Source: the human T2T-CHM13v2.0 reference genome, Homo sapiens
Assembly (NCBI GenBank): GCA_009914755.4
Contig: CP068257.2
Span: 28,480,001 to 28,544,000, forward strand
DNA: 64,000 bases
Reading direction: 5' to 3'
Part shown: positions 55,095 to 64,000 of the stretch, piece by piece
Numbering within the stretch: position 1 is the stretch's first letter
Layout of the letters: every line of letters begins with the position of its first letter
Notes under the pieces: generated by a model
What the model was told of the DNA's origin: nothing
Databases searched by the model: none
What the model saw: the letters and a program-made list of their open reading frames with translations, nothing else
Position numbers and translations under genes: made by a program

Positions 55095-55590
55095 TCTTGG
55101 TACATATACATCATGGAGTACTATGCAGCCATATACAATAATTACATCCTGTCATTTACAGCAACATGGATGCAGCTGGAGGCCATTATCCTAAGTGAAT
55201 TAATACAGGAACAGAAAACCAAATTTCACATGTTCTCATTTGTAAGTGGGAGCTAAACATCAGGTACATGTAGAGATAAAGATGACAACAACAGACACTG
55301 GGGACTGCTAGAGAGGGAAGGGAAGAGGCAGAAAAGGGTTGAAAAGCCAACGATTGGGTACTATGCGCACTGTCTGGGTGATGGGATCATTCACACCCAG
55401 ATCTCAGCATCAGTAAACGACTTACACATGTGCCACCTCCACCTCCAGGGTTCAAATGATTCTCCTGCCTCAGCCTCCCTGGTAGCTGGGACTACAGGTG
55501 TGTGCCATCTGTAAAATAAAAGTTGAAGTTATAAAAATGTAAGAGAAATGAATAAAAATAATAAAATAAAATAAAATGAAATTTCATCTT
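55095..55590 (+). mobile_element. L1 3'-end fragment (sense) with an embedded Alu-derived piece of about 80 bp and an A-rich tail
   Basis: 'gtactatgcagccatatacaataattacatcctgtcatttacagcaacatggatgcagctggaggccattatcctaagtgaattaatacaggaacagaaaaccaaatttcacatgttctcatttgtaagtgggagctaaacatcaggtacat...ctgtctgggtgatgggatcattcacacccagatctcagcatcagtaaac'. Then 'ccacctccagggttcaaatgattctcctgcctcagcctccctggtagctgggactacaggtgtgtgccatc'. Then '(ataaa/aaaat)n'. Confidence 0.75.
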
Positions 55591-57549
55591 GCCAGATCTG
55601 TATTCCTTGCCATGTATCTCTACACATCTTTTGGTCCTCTCTCACATTTCCCACTGCTATACACATTGAAATCTGCCTTTGGTCATCATGCTACCCACAA
55701 ACACCTTCCTAAAAATGTTATAGACTTCTTGGACATCCTAGCTACTATCTTTACCAAAACGCTTCCATATTTCTGCTTATTGATATTTCGGTAAAGGTCA
55801 CAACAAACCACTGTCTTCTAATGAGAGACAGTGAAGGGCATGTGCTCTGGAGAGAGATTTGGTTCTGTCTTGGCTTGATGCCTTAGCCACCCATCTCAGG
55901 CATGTTTCTGAATCCCCCCAAAAGTGCCTGTTCTACAAAATCAGGATAATAATAACATCAAATTCACAGGGCTGCCTTGAAGATTAAATAGAATGTGTGC
56001 AAAGAACCTGGTCCTGAGCAAACACCCAGGAAAAGTTTTCTGTTAATATTTGTCTCATTTGTTTTTGTTGTATTATGGTCCTTATTACTTCTCCACATAC
56101 GCATTCTCACTTTTCTTCCAGACTTCCTGATATACCTCAGTATTCTTCTCACTTGGCACACTCTCCCTAAGGCACCTCACCTATGTCTTCACAGCATTAC
56201 CTACCTCCTGTCAGGCCGTAAGTTCTGAATCTGTTGTCTTTAGTCCATGCCTGTTTCTGTTTGCCACCCTCAGCTCATTTTTCTCTCTTATTCTTTAATA
56301 AATATGTGCCTAGAGTGGACACTGTGATGTTCCACCCAGATGTCTTTTTCAGCTGCTTAGAGTGCTGTGGGCAGAACACCCTCAGCTCTCAGCCTCATTC
56401 AGGTATTACCTGGAAATAGGCATGTCACTCAAATTATTCCCCATTCATAGATGTAGCCCATATCCAGTGACTCATCAATATGGTCCTGACCGCTAGCCCT
56501 GTTAGCCCCATGGGGTTAACACTCAGGGGCTATTCTAGCTCCACAGCTCACTGTATGGTCAGATAAGGCCTTCATTAGCCCTGTATCCCAACTAAACTCC
56601 ATATGGCCAATCCTCTTCCTTACCTTCTTTTCCTAAGGTGTTGATCTCATAATAAACATAATGCACACTAATCTCTGCCTCAGAGTCTCATGCTCAGGGA
56701 ACCCAACCATTGACTGACACCTTATTCAAATGGATTAAATATGATTTCTGTTCTATGCTGTGTCTTAGTTCAGCCCTTTGACATTCCTCATCTGTACCAT
56801 TTCAAGAATGTCTTACCTAACCTCCTTGCCTCTGCCCTTTCTTACTACTTTCTGATTCATTTTCTATTGAAGAACCACAAAACCTTGTGGAATCAAACTC
56901 TGTACATGCCACCACCTTACTTAAAATTTTTCATTATTTCTCTGTTGCCTGTAAAATCAGATCCAAATTCCTTAGCATGACGCGTGAGACCAATTTTTGA
57001 ATGACCCCTGCCCAACTTTAAAACTTAGCTTCTGACCATGACTCCATTCCATGTCTTCACGGAGCTTACATTTTAGTGAGCATGATAAATACTAAACATG
57101 CAATTGCCAAAATACATATTATTAAAAATTAAGGTATAGCTATGGTTAAAAAATATATGGTATAAACAGAAATGATTTTAGTTTTAACTAAGGATTCTCT
57201 AATGAAGGAAGGGCACTCTGATAAAACAATATTGAAACTGCAACCTGAAGCTTGAGTAGAAATTAGCCAGATAATTCAACAAAGAGTGAGAGAAAGAGAA
57301 TTCTGGGCACAAGAGACCATCTGGGTAAAGGCACTGCAGGCAAAGAGAGTTTGGGTCAAATGCAAGTGGAAGACCAAGCCAGAGGAGGGTGAGAGAATTG
57401 AGATGAGGTTGCAAATGTAGACAAGGTCCAGATATGCAAGCAATGTGAACCATGTAATAATCTTCTAAGAGCAATGCAAAGCCAGTTAAAGATTTTCGGC
57501 ATGGGACTCACACAATCAAGACTCAAGCCTGCTTAAAAACAAAACAAAA

Positions 57550-57853
57550 GGCCACGTGCGGTAGCTCATGCCTATAATCCCAGCACTTTGGGAGGCTGTG
57601 GTGGGCAGATCACGAGGTCAGGAGTTCAAGACCAGCCTGACCAACATGGTGAAACCCTATCTCTACTAAAAATATGAAAATTAGCCGTCTGTGGCGGCAC
57701 ATGCTTGTAATCCTAGCTACTCAGGAGGCTGAGGCAGGAGAATCACTTGAACCCAGGAGGCAGTGGTTGCAGTGAGCCAAGATTGCAGCACTGCACTCCA
57801 GCCTGGGTGACAGCAAGACTCTGTATCAAAAAAAAAAAAAAAAAAAAAAAAAA
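57550..57853 (+). mobile_element. Alu SINE (sense) with a poly-A of about 35 nt
   Basis: 'ggccacgtgcggtagctcatgcctataatcccagcactttgggaggctgtggtgggcagatcacgaggtcaggagttcaagaccagcctgaccaacatggtgaaaccctatctctactaaaaatatgaaaattagccgtctgtggcggcacatg...' followed by a(35). Confidence 0.9.
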
Positions 57854-58656
57854 CCACACAGAAAAAACACCAACCACCAAAACAATATGGCTGTTTGGAG
57901 AAATTAATTAGAAAGAACAAAATTGAACACGAAGAAACCATTTAGAAGGTTATTGCGATAGTCCAAGTGAGAGATGATGAGAGATGATAGAAGCTGGATT
58001 AGAGTAGGGGCAATGTAGGAGTGGATGGCTTTACACTATGTAGAGGAGCTACAGTTGCTGAAGGTGGGTGATGGACTGGAGGTGGGGGAAGGTTTCAGAG
58101 ATGCCTGTTGTACTGTTGACATGAGCATCATTGTACTCGGAGTTGCATTTACCGTGACGTGAGACACTGAAGGTTGAGTGACCTTTTAGAAAAAGATTAA
58201 GAGTTCAATTTTTAGATGTGAAGTCTGAGCTGCCTGTGAGCCATACCAGTAAATAATTTAGGAATTAGATGTTTTGGAGCACTTAGGGATAATCTGGGCT
58301 GTACACATATGCAAGAATCCATAACCTCCATCCTGTCCACAAATTATCTCTGATTAGATCACAATCAGTGAGACAAATCTGCTAATAAGGGCTGCTGACT
58401 AATGGTATTCTTATGTCCTCCTGAGACTTGTACTGAGGTCTTAGGGAATCTAATATATGTTGAGGAGTTTTTTGCTTTCCTCTGAAAAAATGTGTTAGTT
58501 TTACTTTCAGCATCAGCTTGAAATGAATAGAAGTAGAGGTATAACATCCGAATGGAAAAATTAGGACACAAAGCATCCTTCTCTTGCCTTGTCTCCCCTT
58601 TCACGGGTTCCAAACCAGAAAATATTAAAACATTCTCACAACTTACTGTATGTCTA

Positions 58657-58976
<320 letters not shown>

Positions 58977-59113
58977 GTGGGTCTATTTTGAAAGAGAATG
59001 CCCTGTCTCCCACAGTAGCCAGTTCAAATTTTAACAGATACAAATGAGTCAAAAAAGCTTTAACTGGATGCCCATTAAGCTGATTTGAAGTTGTGTTTAA
59101 GTATATTTATGCA

Positions 59114-59142
59114 TACACACACACACACACACACACACACAT
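59114..59142. repeat. (CA)n dinucleotide microsatellite, about 14 units
   Basis: 'acacacacacacacacacacacacacac'. Confidence 0.95.
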
Positions 59143-59509
59143 CCCCACTCTGTTATTGCTCATTGTATTGTTGACTTTCATATATCTGTTCCCCCTACAT
59201 AAAGTACCTTCTCAATTCCCTCTTCATGTCAACACATGCACATTGCCCACTTAATACTTATTCATTCTCCTTTGGATTTTGGTCCAAATTTAGTTACAAG
59301 AGAAACTTGCCCTGAATTCTCAGATCATAACAGCTTTGACAAAATCCCCATCCCTGCCATTTTTTCAGTCTTTCATAGTACTATGCATTTTTCTTCACAG
59401 CATTTTTTCACAAGTTCTATATAAATATACATTTCCATTCATAAAGTCATTTCCCGTCTGGAGTACAGATTCTATAAGAACAGAGACTTGTGTCCATTGT
59501 CTAGTCCTA

Positions 59510-59565
59510 TTCTATTCTATTCTATTCTATCCCATTCTATTACCATTCTATTCCCAGTGCAGATC
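59510..59565. repeat. (TTCTA)n pentanucleotide repeat, degenerate
   Basis: 'tattctattctattctattctatcccattctattaccattctattcc'. Confidence 0.85.
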
Positions 59566-60099
59566 ATGAATTCCCTGATCCATAGTTGATGCCCAAGAAA
59601 TATTGTTTGAATGAATAATGAAGTAATTGATCAAAACAATGTTTGTTTAGCTGGGCCATCCTTTAATTTAAGGTTCTGTGTTTAATTATATTTTCCTAAA
59701 TTATACATTTTCAGTTTGAGTACTTTTCTACATCAGTAAAGACTGGATTTATATAATGAAATATTATCTTATTTGTTCTTTTTTAAAAAACAACAACAGT
59801 TTTGTATTCCAGAAATGCATTCAGGGGTGACCTAAAACCATCTAAATAAAGTTTAATACCACCACCCACTCAATCAAATTTATCCCATTAACTCACATTT
59901 GTGACCTCAAATTTCAACTATTTTAAGTCTACTTGCAAATCAGCATTGCAAATACACTTTTCTGTGAAACCAATCCGCAAAATCCAGAGTTCGCTCCAGG
60001 CAAAGCAAATGTATTAATTGTATGTGTTTTTATTTCTGTGCACAGATTTGAGTATATACTATAGAAATCTTTGAATTTATCCTTCTCCTTTTCTTCTTC

Positions 60100-60124
60100 C
60101 CTTTTTTTTTTTTTTTTTTTTTTT
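60100..60124. repeat. Poly-T homopolymer of about 25 nt
   Basis: Direct reading: 'ccc' + t(25) + 'gc'. Confidence 0.95.
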
Positions 60125-60546
60125 GCATTTCAAATAGCTGCCAAAATAATTTAAGAAGACTAGTAAAAAAAAAAAGACAGCTTGTGATTCATGAAAAAAA
60201 ATGAGGATTTTGGTGACAGGGTAAAACAAAGCTAGGCAATAAAAGATAAAAATGGCATGAGGTTTGTCCACAAAATAAATGCCACATTTGCTAAACATTA
60301 GCCATGAATTTGCCTGTAAAGATTTTAGGAGCAAGGCAGAGTGTCTGTGCAACAAAAACCCATTTTTTTTTTCAGGAGTTGTATAACTCTTCATGTCTCT
60401 GATACTAGAAAGAAATTTCTTTCATTGTGGAATACAATGAGCAACATTTTTATAGTAAATAAAGTTGCCACATTTGCCCTGGTGTTCCTTATTTTACTGG
60501 AGCGCAAAGAATGTGGTCCAGGTGTTCAGGTCTTAAACATTTATAT

Positions 60547-60680
60547 CAGTGGTTCTCAGCCCTGACTTCATATTGGAATCACCTTTGGGACCTTTGAAAC
60601 AATAGCAATGCCTGGGCCCCACCCCAGATCTATTAAAGCAGAACCTGGAGGTGGGGCTCTGGAATCAGCATTTTTATTTT
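60547..60680 (+). mobile_element. MER5-like hAT-Charlie non-autonomous DNA transposon fragment
   Basis: The terminal inverted repeat begins 'cagtggttctcagccctgacttcatattggaatcacctttgggacctttgaaacaatagcaatgcctgggccccaccccagatctattaaagcagaacctggaggtggggctctggaatcagcatttt', which fits the MER5A pattern ('cagtggttctcaaa...ggccccaccccagacctactgaatcagaa.ctctgggggtggggcccag'). Confidence 0.55.
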
Positions 60681-60785
60681 TGTTTTTGTTTTATTTTGTT
60701 ATAGTTGCATCAGTATTTTCAAAGCACCCCTTGCAATACTAACATGCAGACTGGAATCAGAAGCACTCCTTTGAGTTTCTGTTCC

Positions 60786-60830
60786 AGTGGTTCTCAGTTT
60801 TGATTTTTAATTGGAATTATATAGAGAGGC
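60786..60830 (+). mobile_element. Second short hAT-type terminus ('cagtggttctcag...') about 240 bp downstream of the first
   Basis: 'ccagtggttctcagttttgatttttaattggaattatatagagaggcttattaaaac'. Confidence 0.35.
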
Positions 60831-62631
60831 TTATTAAAACTTATCAGGTTCCACATCAAACCAATGAAATCAAAATAGCTAAAGATGGGAGGAGGCACCA
60901 GGTTTTTTTTTTTTTTTTTAAGTGTCTTAGATGATTCTAGTGGGCAGCTGGGGTTGAGACCCCTGACCTATAGTGAATAGATGGATTGTATATCCTTAAG
61001 GCAATTCTGCATTACTATGGTTTGTTATGGTTTGTCCCAGTAAAACTTTTAAGGCTTAAGGGTAACTTTGAAGTTATACCCCTTGAGAAGAACCTAGAGT
61101 GTAAAGATGGTAAATTTAATCATTAATGGTTAAATTCAGTTTTATGTGAGTAGGTGGTAAAAAAGCTCTGAAATAAAAGAATTCTATTGAATTCTATAGA
61201 ATTCATTGCTCTTATGTTATTTTTAAAAAATGGGGAGGGCATGATATTTATCAATTATAATTAAAAACACTTTAACTGGGGCATTAGCAAAGTGCTTCTC
61301 AACTGTGAATGATGTTCAAATAGCTTAGAAAAACAAGTTTTTTAGCAACATATTTATGATATATTACTTCAACTATTTTCAGATAAAAACATGGTATAAA
61401 CTTTCAAAAACCATAAAACCAAAACAATTATAAATACTAACAAACGGTACATGCAATAATATTTAAATTATTAATGTTACTTCTATTTGGTAGATAATCC
61501 TGAGCTTTTTAAAATTAAATTCTGGATGTTAGATTTACTAGAAGAAAGATGTCTTTTCATAATTTGTCCTCTACTTCTCATTTTTTATTTATTAGATTTC
61601 AAGTATGGTATGCCATTGCTTGAGGCAATCATTTATTACTGCCATTTTTTTTTCTTTTTAACAATGAGATTGTCCTTAATGTGATTCAGTATTCTGATGA
61701 GCCAAAGCATTTGAGTCATGCCTCTAAGTAAAATACAAGCAAATTAAAAAATACTGTTCTTTATTGCATATTTACTTCTACACTTACTACTAATGAGCTG
61801 CACAAAGGTCAGATGTGCTCCTTATATTTGATCCAAATATGAGAAAAGTGCAGAAAGATTTTTTTTTTCATTTTGTATTGTCTATTTCTGTATATTGTAA
61901 AGACTCAACACCTTACTAACTGGCTTTGTGAGTAACTCTACATATGTACAGGATCACATGAGCATATTTGACCTTTATTTTATTACATAACTTAATAAAG
62001 ATTAATTTTAAATATATTGCAAGTTCTCACCGCAAAAAATCATATTGTGTAAATAACAAAAATAATGTAACAAGTAACCACGTTATGCAGACCAAATGTA
62101 CTTATTTTAAAATTTAGACAGGTCAACCTGAAAGAAATCAGATGCATATCAAGAACATTCAATGTGCAACATTTTTATTTCAGTGAATAACTTGGGTCAA
62201 TGTGATTATTAACACACTACTAAATCCAGAACATGGATTCATATAGCAGTAGGAAGTATAGTTGTTATTCAGATAATCCAAAGTAACTAAAAACTCTAAT
62301 TGAGTAGATATGTCTCTCTAAATATTTTGGAGACTTCCAGGTTCCTATAGATATCAGTATAAAAGATGCCAAGTTATCTTTCTAACCCTCTGGTCCTGCT
62401 TTTGCATAAATGAATTAAATGAGATAAATAACATAAGTAAGTTAACTAGGTGAAAACAATAAATATATTTTCCATATACTAATTTTATAGTCAAAAATTG
62501 ATCAAAATATATTTGTTTAATAATTGTTTTTATGACATTCCTTTAAGATAACCTGAATAGTCAATTTTATTATACTTTAATACTTTATACAGACTTTATT
62601 TTTAGAATGGCTTTAGTTTTGCAAAAATTAA

Positions 62632-62942
<311 letters not shown>

Positions 62943-63713
62943 TGCCTCGTACAGAGTGTTCTTATACCCCACACTCACTTTCCCTTATTACTCACTGTAG
63001 ATTGAAATAGGGCATTTCTCACAATAAATAAACCAATATTCATACTTTGTTATTAACTGAAGCTCATAATTTATTCAGATTTTTTAGTTTTTAGCTAATG
63101 TCCTTTGTTTATTGCAGGATCCTATCCAGGGTGCCAAATTACCTTTGTCATGTCTCCTTCCTTAGGTTTCTCTTGTCTGTGACGGTTTCTCGGATTTTCC
63201 ATTTTTGATGACCTTGACAGTTGAGGAGTACTACCCAGTTATTTTGTAGGGTGACCTTCTACTGGAATCTGTTTGATGTTTCTCTCATAATTAGACTAAG
63301 AGTACGAATTTGGGGAAAGAAGATCACAGAGATAAAGTACCATTTTCATCACATCGTATCGAGTACATACTATCAATATGATTCATGACTGTTGGTGCTG
63401 ACCTCGTTCATCTGGCTGAGGTAGGGTTTGTCAGATTTCTCCACTGTTAAGTTACTCTCTTCCACTTTCCATACTGTACTCTTCAAAAAGAACTTACTAT
63501 ACACAGCACACACTTAATGAGTGGAGTATAACTGTTTGGAATTTTTTTGCATATGAGATCCTTTATCCCCCATTTATTAATTTATTCAATCACTTAATTA
63601 CATCAGAATGGATTCATGACCTATGTTTTATTCTTTGAGTTGTAATCCCAAACCACTTTGTTTTCTTGCTCAAATTGTTCTAGCTTTGGCCACTGGAAGT
63701 TCTTTCAGTTGTT

Positions 63714-64000
63714 TTCTTTTTTATTTTTGGAGACAGGGTCTCACTTTGTCACGCAGGCTGGAGTGCAGTGGCAGGAACACAGCTCACTGCAGCCTTGACC
63801 TCCCAGGCTCAAGTGATCCTCTCGCCTCAGCCCCCAAGTAGGTGGGCCTACAGGCACCCTCCACCACACCTGGCTGATTTTTGTATTTTTTGTAGGCACA
63901 GGGTTTTGCCATGTTGCCCAGGCTGGTGTCGAACTCCTGCGCTCAATCAGTTCTCCTGCCTTGGCCTCCCGAGATGCTGGGATTATTAGGCGTGAGCTAC
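63714..64000 (-). mobile_element. Old Alu (AluJ-like), antisense, cut by the window end
   Basis: 'ggagacagggtctcactttgtcacgcaggctggagtgcagtggcaggaacacagctcactgcagccttgacctcccaggctcaagtgatcctctcgcctcagcccccaagtaggtgggcctacaggcaccctccaccacacctggctgatttttgtattttttgtaggcacagggttttgccatgttgcccaggctggtgtcgaactcctg'. Confidence 0.85.

Overview
This window is human (primate) nuclear DNA, not a prokaryotic locus. There are no operons, no CRISPR arrays and no defence-island-like architecture, and I will not invent a novel system. The evidence is about seventeen Alu SINEs (full and partial) with the canonical GGCCGGGCGCGGTGGCTCA...poly-A structure, several L1 LINE fragments, THE1/MST-type MaLR LTR elements, an HERV9/LTR12-like LTR, MER5-like hAT fragments and multiple microsatellites, all in an AT-rich background. 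The only convincing protein-coding gene is one intact single-exon ORF on the minus strand (51871..52545, 224 aa) that I recognise as claudin-17 (CLDN17). It has four predicted transmembrane segments, the claudin ECL1 W-GLW-C-C signature and a C-terminal -YV PDZ-binding motif. A TATA/CCAAT core promoter and an AATAAA signal are correctly spaced for a transcript of about 1.25 kb. This places the window on chromosome 21q22.11, in the gene-poor interval on the side of CLDN17 opposite its 3' end; CLDN8 is not in the window. All other listed ORFs are translations of repeats, microsatellites or random open frames in non-coding DNA. The most interesting structures are described in the findings. They are a nested retroelement (L1 with 5' inversion carrying a full-length THE1/MST provirus), very young-looking Alu insertions with perfect target-site duplications, a long perfect (TATC)n STR, and an unexplained 0.7-kb CpG-rich block in the gene desert.
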